Shown: positions 24,936-36,599 of the stretch, in pieces
Layout of the letters: each line of letters opens with the position of its first letter
How positions within the stretch are numbered: the first letter of the stretch is position 1
NCBI GenBank assembly: GCA_011109175.1
Contig: RDEW01000008.1
Coordinates: forward strand, 691,954 to 755,953
Direction of reading: 5' to 3'
DNA: 64,000 nucleotides
Origin: Dicyema japonicum
Lineage: Eukaryota > Animalia > Dicyemida
Program-made: the position numbers and the translations under genes
The notes under the pieces: model-generated
Seen by the model: only the letters and a program-made list of their open reading frames with translations
The model's database searches: none
What the model was told of the DNA's origin: nothing

Positions 24936-25565
24936 ATGTCGTTGCATCGGTTGCTTAGAGAAATATCAGATTTTAATAAAAACCCAGTAATATAATTAAT
25001 AATAAACGAAAGACTGAGGGAATAAACATAGAGTCTCAACCAGACGATAATCGTAAACTAACAGGATATATTAATGGTCCACCTGACACGTGCTATGAAT
25101 CAGGTGTTTTCGAGATTGAAATAAATATTCCTGAAGCATATCCCTTCTCTCCCCCACAAATGAAGTTCACCACTAAGATTTGGCATCCTAATGTGAGTTC
25201 TCAAACAGGGTACATTTGCTTGGATATTCTGAACCGAAAATGGTAGTTAATTTATAAATTGAAGGGCTGCGGCTATGACATTGAGAGTTATTCTAATATC
25301 CCTTCAATCTATGTTGTCAGACCCTAATCCATCCGACCCTCAAGATGCTGTAGTGGCAAGACAAATGCAGGATAACATCACAATGTTTAATAAAACAGCC
25401 AGATATTGGACATATTACTATGCTAATGGTAAAGAATGTGAGAAGGACTATTTGGATATCCATAATAATTTAATATCAATGGGATTTGATGGGGACATTT
25501 GTTTGCAAGTATTATCCATTGATTGGGGAGTTGATAGGACTATAGATTATTTACTAAAAAGATAA
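24936..25565 (+). CDS. UBE2K: Ubiquitin-conjugating enzyme E2-25K (UBC plus UBA)
   Basis: Introns 24987-25012 (26 nt) and 25243-25264 (22 nt); GPPDTCYE, YPFSPP, HPNVSSQTGYICLDIL, WAAAMTL, PQDAVVA; C-terminal UBA-like MGFD. Confidence 0.93.
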
Positions 25566-25869
25566 TGTTCTGTTTTACTATTACGTCACATGACATCAGT
25601 CATTACTATAGCTAATCATTTCAATTATGATGTGTTATCAGTTTGCAACTTTATGTCAGAGGGCCATGTGAAGGTAAAAATTGATTCCCCTCACCGTGGA
25701 GTGGTCTATAGGAACACAGATCAGTTGTAATAGGACATAGTTATTGAATTGTTATCATCAATTGGATATTTGATTACGTAAAATAAATTGATTAATGTTC
25801 TCTCCACTCATAACAACCTCAATGGATTTGTGAGTTTCATCATCAATTTAGTTTTGTTTATAATAATGT

Positions 25870-26180
25870 TTGGTGCATCGACTGGAATTACAAGGAATTA
25901 AACATAGTGGTGAAAACTCCATATGAAACCACTACAGGGGTTTCGTGACTCATCGGGAAACTTTCTGATTGATTTGTGTTTCTACGCAACACGACATTTC
26001 AACATGCTGACGGACACAAAACCACATGGTTTGGCTTCAGAAAAATAAAAAGGAGAAAAAATATTTTCAATCAAATTGACTATATTTGTGTATATAGAAG
26101 TAATGAACTCCCGTTCATACCAAAAATAGAGATACTGAATGCTTTATTGAATGCGAACCATTCTAGGCCGGAAGAGCACT
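25870..26180 (+). mobile_element. RTE APE fragment
   Basis: NTTFQHADGHKTTW..NQIDYI. Confidence 0.75.
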
Positions 26181-27769
26181 AAAGATTGAGGCTGAAGAAC
26201 TGGTTATTAGCTTGCACTCCTCGACAATATTAAATAAATATCTGAAATCTCGATGAATGGTCAACTGCACGTTATGCGGGAAGGAATCAGTCAAACTGTT
26301 AGAACCAATGAAAGTAATATAAAACGAAACTCAAGTCACAGTGGATGAATTATCAATCCGAATATTAACATAAAATCGTAATTCAAAGAGCTAAACTAAA
26401 ATAATTATTGAATACAATTGAACGAACATGTGCTTAGTGTGAAAGTTATTCAATATTGATAATTCTCTAGGTGACTTTCACTAGTACCCTGTGTTAGGAA
26501 AGGATTAGCAAACGTTTAGTGAAACCAATCGGACGACATAGATTTTATGTCTGACGATGTGGAGTTTATTTTGGCACGATGTTCTTCCATCGAGCCTACA
26601 CAAGTCCAAACTGGCCGGGAACAAGTACCTCCGATAGAAGAGACAAGTACCTTCATTTTTCCGAATTAAGAACTCAGAGGTGTCGGTTCTGAAAATTTCA
26701 CTTCAGACGTTCACTGTTTTTCACATTGAAGTCTTTTCTGGATGGTTGTGATCTTAACAGAATTAGTCCAAGAGATGAAAGAGCCCCATGATGCACATGC
26801 TTAGGTGATGACAGGCTCGATGTACTGTTTGTATAGGGGTCAAGAACGGGATGGTTTCCGACCTTGCATAAGCCATTATCCTGTGTTTTTGCTGGGCGAA
26901 CAGTTTTTTGAGTCAATTTCATTCTTTTGCTAAAGCCATCCTGCCAAATATCCTGTCGTAGTTAAGGTAGTGTTTAGGCACAGATAATGATATTGCATCT
27001 ATTGCGGTAGACATATGCGACCATCAAGAAAAATTCTGTTGGAGGTTTTCAATAAATACACAGTAAAGTTTCCAGTCTCCATGTTTGTAATTGAATTGTC
27101 ATGACTCCCAGGACGTTATCGCAGACAGTGTAGGAGAGCAGAAAGTTATGTCCGGTGATAAAATCACACTGACCACTTTTGGGCATATTTCATGGATACA
27201 GTCTCATGAAATTGAGGAGGGTTTTGTTGTAAGGCAGACAAAAAATACAAATTCTATTGAATTCATAATATTAATATTTCTTACCGTTAAAGTAGTTTTA
27301 TAAATTAAATGTATATCAAGTGCGACAAGTTTACTGAAATAAAAAAGAACTCTTGGATGTCCACATCAGATCTAATGTTGAACCTGTTGCAAGCAATATG
27401 GGAAAAAAGGATTGTTAAATTAATTTTATTATGGTTTGAAGTGATGTACTTGAGCAAGAAGCTCAAGCAAAAATGGTTTTTCAGTCAAGTCAACGAAGGA
27501 CAAAACATGTTTATAATTAATGAAAGTAATCTGTTATGATGACTATAGAAAACCATAATCTTACAGCTTTTGTAGAAAACTAGTACGAAGATCAGGAGTT
27601 TTACAATTTTACTACTCAAACGTGTAATGGTACATGTTATTCTTATAAACAAGTATTATCACCATAATATGGTGGTTGTTTGTCGGACTTATAATTATGG
27701 GATTCAATAATATATATTTCTTAGATTAATATTTGATCTTTTTATTTTTGTTGGTGTATTTCCTTCATA

Positions 27770-27936
27770 GACGATCCGGTTCCGAAGTGGCCCAGTGTAA
27801 CGCAACGGGTGCTGGACAGGTCCCTTTAGAATCCCGCTACTGTAAAATTCGGTTGAAGGTATCACGCATCTAAGATGCTTTGGCTTGACGAGTGACGTCG
27901 TCATCAGTGAACATTTCACTGCGGAACCGAATCGTC
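27770..27936. repeat. 167-bp MITE-like or structured element with 20-bp TIRs and apparent 4-bp TSD (CATA)
   Basis: gacgatccggttccgaagtg versus cactgcggaaccgaatcgtc (18/20 complementary); cata on both flanks; partial degenerate copy at ~3232-3285. Confidence 0.6.
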
Positions 27937-28157
27937 CATAAGCGAAATCACCTAAAAAATCAAAAAAATTATGTGCATTCTTTTGTTCTAAGATTAGTTA
28001 TGATAACTGTTCTTTAGTTAAAGTATGTGTCCTGCCTGAGCGGAGCTATAGCTAATATGAATCTGCGTATAAGTGCAGTTTTTTAAGCTTTTTCTTTTCT
28101 TTTCCATTTTTTGAAATAGTTATCAAACTTAAAATTTTAAAGTTTCAAAAAATTAAT

Positions 28158-29200
28158 AATGACATTGTGGTTCTCCTTGTGGTGTCATTCTGTTGTTTTA
28201 AACAGCATATAGAAAAACCACCTACTCTTCTTATCGGCTCCCCCGAAAAAGATCCTGATGGGGTTGTCGGGCTGGCACAAAGCATTAGTTTCAAAAAGAT
28301 CCTCCTAACGTCGAGAGATGTTGAACCTAACCTTGGGTCGAATAAATCAGAATCAAACAACTGAATATCACTAGAATTACAACTAAGCGCTTTAAGTTTG
28401 CCGACTACCTGATATTGCTTTTTTGCAAAAAGTCCAGAGTATGTGAAATTTCCACACGATTCACGGCTATTCAGTGCTCCAGTTCAAGCAGACTAATTGG
28501 TGGTGGACTAATTGGTGGTAAACCTGAAACTTTGGCTTGGAAACTTCCTAAATGGAAGACGAGCACAAGTACTCTGCAACAACATCAAGATCTCATGACG
28601 TATGTAAGTACTTCATGGGCAATGCAGATTTCACGATCCTCCTCATTGAAACTATCCGCAATCGAGGAGACTGCAATATGGATAGTTGGACCTTAACACA
28701 AAATTCAGCCCATTGAAAATTTCTTAATCGAATTACAACGGAAACTCTTAAGGAGGCTAGTTTACCGAGCTGCCCTCTATTCCATACACTATCGAAATAT
28801 CTACAATCATACAGAAATTTTGAGCCGATGCCATGTCCAATGAAAAGAGCTGTTCAGGATTCAAGACACAAAACCTCTCTTGACCTTTCGCTGTACCCAT
28901 TTTCTATGGCAACATTAATTAGCAGGAATGTTTATAACCTTCCATCATCTTGTCAAAAAACGAATGATTTTAAAGCAGAAATGGAAAAATCGTTGAAAGA
29001 CCGTTTACGATCAATCATCTTCTCACATGGACATTTATGAGACTCACAAACACCCAAACCAAGACGATATTAAATACCAATGCAAAGGTTCTCATTGTCG
29101 ATTAATGCCAAGGATTGAATAGGCGTATAACCAAAAGCCACTATTCTCTATGCATATCAAACGAAAATAAGTCACACGGTGTTGGTTGAGGTTTTTCTTG
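28158..29200 (+). mobile_element. ingi/Vingi-like LINE copy 2 (ribozyme-like 5' end, degenerate 2A, APE start, RT piece), heavily deleted
   Basis: KILLTSRDVEPNLGS then IRIKQLNI..IGGGL; later WLGNFLNGRRAQV. Confidence 0.75.
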
Positions 29201-29229
29201 AGCTTCTGAAAGTGAGAAAAGATTGCTAT

Positions 29230-29440
29230 TTAGTCCTAAGACTTCTCAGAAAGTTCGTCTGTTGGTGAGTACTAGCCCAATCCTTTCGGAGTTCTGAGAA
29301 AATCTTTTCGAAAGATCTCAAAGTGTTACAATCTGTGACGATAGTCAAACACACAATTACACGAATAAAGAAAAGCAGAAAGCTCATTGTGAACCGCAGA
29401 TCTGAGACCGAGGCCACCACGAAAGGTAACTAGTTTTGAC
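29230..29440 (-). mobile_element. CRE-like LINE fragment
   Basis: GGLGLRSAV..SAFLYS motif. Confidence 0.55.
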
Positions 29441-30366
29441 TGTCTCCACCCTAAATCGTAGATCCAGATATTTAGTACATTCTCACTTGAATCGACGGTG
29501 TTTAGAATGTGTCCCTTGCCAAATAATTTTAGAACAAAATTATTATCTTAAATTATAGGTTGGATGGTTATTCTGTATTGATTGGAAATAACAGCAGTTC
29601 AAACTGATTGAATGTAAAATATTAACTATAATGTCTCGTCATCTGAGGAGTGGTTTTCAAGAGGAAATAACAGTCCAATGTTGTTGATCGTGGAATTTTT
29701 AGAATAGACGAGATCTCACTTTGGTTTTCATAAAGAATGACAGCTAATTTAGAGAAACAAAGATATAACAAAATCCAATATTATTATCCAATAAATAGAC
29801 AGTCATGTAGTCAAGTTATAACATCTAACCAGTACGTCGTTATTAAAACTAATACTGGTATTTGTATAGATTGAAGGCTTTTCTTGCACACGTGTTCGTC
29901 TATTTAGCAATACAAATCTAAAATACGCCATTTTGATTTCATGGTGTATATATCCAAGTGTTGTTAACATTAGCGCATTTACATCCTGTTGCTGCAGTAG
30001 TCAACTTGTTTTTTTACTGATTTGCATTGACCAATAATTTTTGGACAACTTTCCACATTTTTATTTTCTAATAAATTGTGTTTCTTAGGTTCAAGCATCA
30101 CTCTCTGAATAAGTCAATGCGAACAAGTGTCTAATAAATGTTAGTATATTCAACTAAAAATTTGGAAAGTCTGTCACTGATGATGGCGTCATTCAACAAA
30201 CTAAAAAACAGCGTAGATGTACAACAGCGAGATTATTTTATGACACTCAGCCATCCTGGCAATAATATTAAAATTATTTTTATTATTTTTAAACAATTAA
30301 AATGTCATAAATTAAAATAAAATTTTAAATATTATTTAATGATAGTAATTTAAAAGTTACCACATA

Positions 30367-30969
30367 ATGATTACCATTGTTTTGATTCTCAATAAATCTG
30401 GAAAACCAATATTTATGAAATTCTACAAAAATTTTGTATTTTTTTACAATTCAAATAAGTCTCAGCAAAAACAGCAAGAAATATTGAGCGAAACATTCAG
30501 TTTGGTGAGTAATAGATGCCCAACAGACTGTAATATCATAGAAGGGACCAAGTTTGTGTGAAATCTACTAATTAGAATATTTGATCAAGACACGCTGGTC
30601 TATAAAATATTCTTCAATTTATATTTTATATTTTGTGTCAACTCTGTGGAGAATTTGATTGAAATCCTTAACTTGATTAAAGTAGTCCTTATTTACCCAC
30701 TCAGGTTTTCGCTGAAATACTAGAAATTACTTTCAAAAACATCACAGAAAAGGATTTGCTTTATAATTCGGAGATTGTTTGCCATGTTCTCTTATATAGG
30801 TCCATCAAATAATAAATGAGATGATCACTGGGGGACTCGTCTTGGAAACTTCGAAAGATAGAATCATTGAAAAGGTTGGACCAAATACTAATTGTGGTTT
30901 ACTGTCTTATTTTAAGCAGGGATTTTGGATAAAATCAAAAAAATGCCAAATTTGATGAAAAAAATGTAA
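30367..30969 (+). CDS. AP3S: Adaptor complex sigma subunit, AP-3 sigma-like (divergent)
   Basis: Five 23-24 nt introns give MITIVLILNKSGKP..KFY..SQQKQQEIL..LVSNR..CNIIEG..LYFIFCV..VF.E.L..F.N..GGLVLET..MKKM*. Confidence 0.82.
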
Positions 30970-31444
30970 AAATCAGTAAATTTTTTAAATCAATGTCTAA
31001 AAAATAATATTCATATTTTAATTATAAAAGTCTTGTTGATATTGTATTCATTTAATGTCACATGCCATTGTCTTTTTTTAAATTTATTAAGCCAATTAAA
31101 GACAAAGTCAGCAATTATGCCTTATCTCATACTCGAAAGCGCATTTCCCTGAAAACTTGCAAGGGAATGCGCTCCTTTCTCTTCTATCATTTTTCATTTT
31201 AGTTTAACAGTGACCTTTATTATTAATTCAATATAAAATAAAAAGTTTATACAGCGGCCACGACTGACCTTATTTACCACCATAACCGTAGTTGCATGCG
31301 ACATTTAACAAATCCTGAAGGACTTGCTACTGAAGTAACTGAAGATGGCGGACTAAAAGTAGAACTATTGACTCAAAGGCTCCATAACTCAATGAGAAAC
31401 TTTAGTTGACTTTGAATATTTTCCCTCATTAGTAACCACTGTTG

Positions 31445-31520
31445 CAACGGATCAGGGAGAGTGGAGGAAACTCGTTCATGAGATCTTCAAGGGTCGGACA
31501 CGACTAAATTGGACAACATA
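31445..31520 (+). mobile_element. RTE/BovB-type 3' terminus
   Basis: gggagagtggaggaaactcgttcatgag...gtcggacacgact resembles the BovB-type 3' end. Confidence 0.55.
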
Positions 31521-31622
31521 TAACATAGTAACCACTGTAGAATAATGCGTTCCTGAAGTAGTAAACATTAAGTTAATTTTCTATAATTATTATTTTACAA
31601 ATATTATTATTTAAAACTATTA

Positions 31623-32392
31623 ATGGACGTGTTACCTATAATTGTTAATGCAAGGGTAAAAAAGACTGCATCTGTAAAATAATTTACTAATATTAGTTAA
31701 TATTTTTGCATGGCTTAGGTGATAATGGGTTTACATTATATATTATTATAGGAATCAATGGTCCTCACTGTTTGATAGTATTGGATTTGAGGAAATAGAG
31801 ATAACATGCCCCCATGCGTACTTGTTTCATATTACCAAGTCCTCTCAGACAACTAACAATAGCTTTTGGTTTTCATGTCCCCGCTTGGTTCGATATTTTG
31901 TCCATATCTTTGGATGGCCCAGAGGATGGTGATGGAATAAACGAGTCTTCCATGATTGGTCATTCATATTAACTATTATAGTACAGTCCATAATTGAAGA
32001 GGAAATTAGCAAAGGAGTTCCTCCCCAAAGAATAATGTTAGGTGGGTACTCACAAGGGGAGCTGTCGCTTTGTATAGTGGACTCAAATGTGATCTCAATT
32101 TAGCTGGAGTGTTTGGAATTAGCACGTGGTTACCCCTCCATAAATCGTTTGAGAATAAGCATCCTGTTTTTGTATATTTAATTATAAAGAGTAACAAATT
32201 TCCAATCTTACTTTGTCACGGAGAACGAGATGTGATTGTCCCCTGTAAATTTGCAAGACTTACTCACTCCCTATTATCGCAAATGGGGTATAACTCCACA
32301 CTGATAACACATGAGGGATCAAATCATGATTTATGTGATGAGGGATTAAATGATGTCCCCGTTTTGTTTATAAGTGTTTGCCTAACATTTGA
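31623..32392 (+). CDS. LYPLA1: Acyl-protein thioesterase / lysophospholipase
   Basis: LIFLHGLGDNG, ITCPHA, PAWFDI, GGYSQG, HGERDVIVP, NH triad His; five tiny introns; two homopolymer 1-nt deletions (32056-59, 32357-60). Confidence 0.9.
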
Positions 32393-32681
32393 TTATTTTA
32401 ACACTTTTTTCATTTGACGAATTTAACCTAATACACACGTGGTAGGAAGTATGGGATGATGAGGGATCTCTATTACCTCAAACATCTTTCTAGTTCATGA
32501 GGATTATAATCCTGTCCACATCAAATTGGGAGTGTGAAGACATAAATGATTCTATACTTGGTAATGATAATCCTACATTTTCCAATATATACTTTCAGTT
32601 GCTATGAAGTGAGTAATCCTAATCTAAGTTATAACCAACTACTAAGGATTATTATAACCCATTAAGAAAACATATAAAATA

Positions 32682-33387
32682 TCATTTCTCAGATAATCTG
32701 TTAGAAATATTCCTCAGATTCCCGAAAATCTTACCAGGTTGACTCCCTACACTACAAATAACAAAATACCAATAATAAGTTGAGAAATAGCCCTTTTAGC
32801 TATTCTATTATTTCTGTATGAACCAAATACGTGCACTTTTGAGTCAGCCAACACAATCCTAGTACTTGTGGCATTCTCTATGGCATATTTAGTCCTCCCA
32901 TTCTTCCCTGCTAGTCTACCAATAGCACGTGACAAATGATCTCCTTTGAGAAGAGGTCGAACTATGAATACTCCCAAAAAACTCACCATCCAAAATGCTG
33001 AAGGATTCAACATACAAGTCATCCAGTCGTATTAAAGCTACAGCGTCCTAATGAATACATATATAAAGCACGTGCAAATCAAATCCAAGTATGATTGCCT
33101 TGACAAAGTCGATCCCTTTTTCGATGGACTGATTGTCGTCGGTTTCCTCGCATGTCTGGGTAAATAATAGGGGATACTTTTAAAAAAATTGTTGATTTTT
33201 TGCTTGAAAATCGTATGTTTAGCTTTAGTTGAGTAACTACAGTCTCAACAAGTTCCTTCCAAATAGCCTTGAGTGGGGAAAGACGATGACGTGGTACGTA
33301 TAGTTTTCTTAGGTCAAATTGTGCTGATCTCTCTGAATTTATTTCATTATTCACATCATTAATTTCTGACTTTTGTTCAACTTCCAT
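32682..33387 (-). CDS. PNO1: PNO1/Dim2 KH-domain ribosome biogenesis factor
   Basis: VPRHRLSPLK..W, DAVALIRLDDLYVESF, GDHLSRAIGRLAGKNGRTKYAIENAT, GSQPGKIFGNLR; four introns of 22-27 nt. Confidence 0.95.
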
Positions 33388-33569
33388 CACGTTTATTTAA
33401 AATATTTAATTAATATTAAAATATAATTTATTTAATATAACGATACATTATATACATTTATTTTGGATAGTAAATTTTTGATTGACCTGCAAAGAGAAAA
33501 CTTAAATAAGTACGAAAAATCTTCATTCGCAAGTGTATAAAAACCTGTCGGAAGATTTGTAAACACTGA

Positions 33570-33956
33570 GTTTTTATCTTTTTAGCTAGCAAAAGGGAGA
33601 TTACGTCAGAAGACATAATGAAGTCGAACGGTGCCTTTACTTCCATTTTTGCACAGAATACGGTCTCAAAAACTAAAAGAGATTAAAAACCCACTCAGTG
33701 CAAACAATTGTGATGAATGATTCGGTAGAGATAAGAGTTGATACTTTTATCAAAACCGATATAAACATTGAACACAACAAGCCTGATTTATTTATACACA
33801 ATAAAAAGAAAAATCAAATACTGTTGGTTGAAGTGGATATAACATCGACCCAAAATTTCCATCAATTAAAATTCGAAAAATTAAGAAAGTATGATCTTTT
33901 ATCGAAAGAATCGGAATCAATACACCATGCTAAAGTGAGGATTGTCTCAATAGTAC
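33570..33956 (+). mobile_element. R4/NeSL-like LINE fragment (CCHC/RHN region and REL)
   Basis: DYVRRHNEVERC, EIRVDT, NKPDLFI..ILLVEV..EKLRKYDLL. Confidence 0.85.
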
Positions 33957-34008
33957 TCATTTGTCACGTGCTATTGGTAGACTAGCAGAGAAGAATGGGA
34001 GGACTAAA

Positions 34009-36590
34009 GAGCCGCAAAATCCCTATCCTTCTTCATTGAGACGTGGATGGTGTCGTGCATTACTACTTATTTCCGGCGATGTCAAACCGAATCCAGGACC
34101 GCCATTGATTATTGCCCAAATCAACATAAATAAAATTCGAACAAAGATTATTAAACTTAACGATTTTTCATTCCAACTCAGTGGATGTCGCTTTAATTCA
34201 AAAGTCAAAGCTTACTCATAAAGATTCAACTCCAACGTTTCCTGGATATTACGTTCTCCGGAAAGACCGAAAATTTGGAAGAGGTGGAGGCTTACTTACC
34301 ATTGTCCATAATCAGATTAATGTTGTGGACCTTTCAAATTACATATCAAGCTTTATGGACACTGAAGATCCATTAGACAACTCACAGTGAAAATAAAGTT
34401 ACACTCTGAATGAATATAGCAAATGTGTATATCCCTCCAATTTCTTCTATAAAGGCTATTGTCCTAATCTTGAACAGTTCACAAGATTGGAAAAAGTTAT
34501 ACTTTGTGGAGATATGAACGCCAAGAGCCCAATTTGGTACACAAATCAACTATTAGACCAAAGAGGATCTATTATGTTAGACAGCATTGACGACTTGGTA
34601 ATCCTTAACAACAGGAATAAACACACAAGAACTCCTTTAAGAAATGATGACTCCAACTTCACCAGATTTGACTCTTGCCGCCAATTGCTTCGACTATTAT
34701 ATGGGACGTTATCTACGATTTGCACACAGACACAATACTATTGATAATCCTGGGAAAACACAAGATTAATGTAACTCGCAATATTTTCATCAACTTCTCA
34801 TGTGCGAATTGGCTTGAGTACATGATTTTTATTAAAGACTCCCTATCCTCTTTCCGAATAGACAACTTTTCCTCGATAGAAGCGGCCGTTGGATTTATTA
34901 ACGAAAAGATTTTGCAAGCCCGAAAAAAGTTTATTCCAATAGGGCGATTCAAGACTTTTTCAGATAAATTCGACACAGAAACGAGGGTCCTTATTGCATG
35001 AAGATTAAACTAAAGAAAACTATAGATAAAACAACATCCTACTGAAATTACAGATCTGAATAAGGAAATTACCAAAAGGATCAGAAATAAAAACAAAAAA
35101 AATGGGAGACTTCTTTGACGTTTGTAAACAGACACAAAAAGACATCATCCTTATGGAGAACACTACGGAAACTCAAACAGACCCCATACAACATACAACA
35201 GGAATACTTGTGAAATTTTATGTCAGTTTAAGTCACAAACCATATTTGAAACTGGATCATCAACCGAAACACAAGAAAAAATATCCATACATCGAATATT
35301 TCAAGCCACTGGAGGTATTTCATGCAATTAAGCACATGAACAATACAAAATTCAAAGGGGCGGATGACATTTCAATAACTGAATTGAAACACTTTGGGCC
35401 AATAGCAATCGATGCCCTTACTGAGATTTTCAATCAGTGAATAAAAATGAGATCCCCTCATTATGGAAAAAAATCACTTATATCTAATACCTAAAAAAGA
35501 ACAAAGCCTTAGACACCCCCGAAGTTATCGTCCAATATCGATTCTTTGTGCCCTTTCAAGAACATTGAAAAAATTAATCCTCCACAAGATTACTCATTCG
35601 CTTGATCTTGCAACAAAACCACATAAAAGAACGGTACTTGTCGCTCTGGATATCGAGAAGGCATTTGATTCGGTACCGAGGAAATCTCTAACAACAAAAT
35701 TTTTTGACACCATCCGAAAATCCAGATGTGGCTGGCCAATTTCATTAATGGTAGAAGAGGCCAAGTTGTCATGAATAATAGAAAATCAAAACAACGATAC
35801 CTCCCCAACTGGGTCCCTCAAGGATCCTTTTTATCACCAACCTTGTTCAATTTATTTACAAAAGACCTTCCAAATCCAAACATCCAAATACCATCCTTTT
35901 GTCTTATGCCGACGATCTCATTGTCGCAGCAAGACACCAAAACTATAAAGAAGCTGCACGAAGGGTTCAGGAGACCCTTGACAATATGAACCCATGGTTC
36001 CTCAAAAACCACATGAAAATATCCCCTGGGAAGTCGAGCACTGCGATTATCTCCTACAGGAAACAAACATCCTTCGATCCTAAATTAACTTGGAATGGAG
36101 AGCTTATCCCAGTTAATAAGAACCCATCAATCCTTGGAGTTACATATGACCCGTTGATGACGTTCACACATCATGTGGACGCAATAATTGCAAGAGTTCA
36201 AAAAAAGATGGGGACCCTCAAGACCTTTGCTAGATCTCCAATATCTTCACTTTCTCATCTCAAATTATTATACAAACAGTATATTCTACAATGGAACATG
36301 CATGTACGGCGTACACCATTGTCAATATCCACGCAGAACAAATTAGAGGTCATACAAAACCAATGCCTCCGGATCCTTCTTAAATGTGACAGAATGACGC
36401 CTACGTCAGAAATGAGGAACACATTAGATCTCAAAAAATTATGGAACATCTCGGTGACGAACAACAAAAATTCTTGAAAATGGTGCGATCTTCCGGTAAC
36501 CCCTTTGAAGATGAGTTTTTGCCTACCAGAAGTATGCACGCAAATTTGAGATCAAACCTTCCCCCTTTCGGACGATCATAAAAATTAGAC
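34009..36590 (+). mobile_element. ingi/Vingi-like LINE copy 3: 2A-like peptide, APE, RT (decayed)
   Basis: ALLLISGDVKPNPGP, AQININ, GDMNA, KHFGP, SYRPIS, LDIEKAFDSV, VPQGSFLSP, YADD. Confidence 0.9.
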
Positions 36591-36599
36591 AAAGTCTAA

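Noticed and set aside
27880-27912. Hammerhead ribozyme on the minus strand (CTGATGA; also near 3255-3270)
   Set aside because: No GAAA after a stem II and no matching stems I or III.
32452-32520. C/D box snoRNA (ATGATGA box C) between LYPLA and PNO1
   Set aside because: No box D (CTGA) or terminal stem at a suitable distance.
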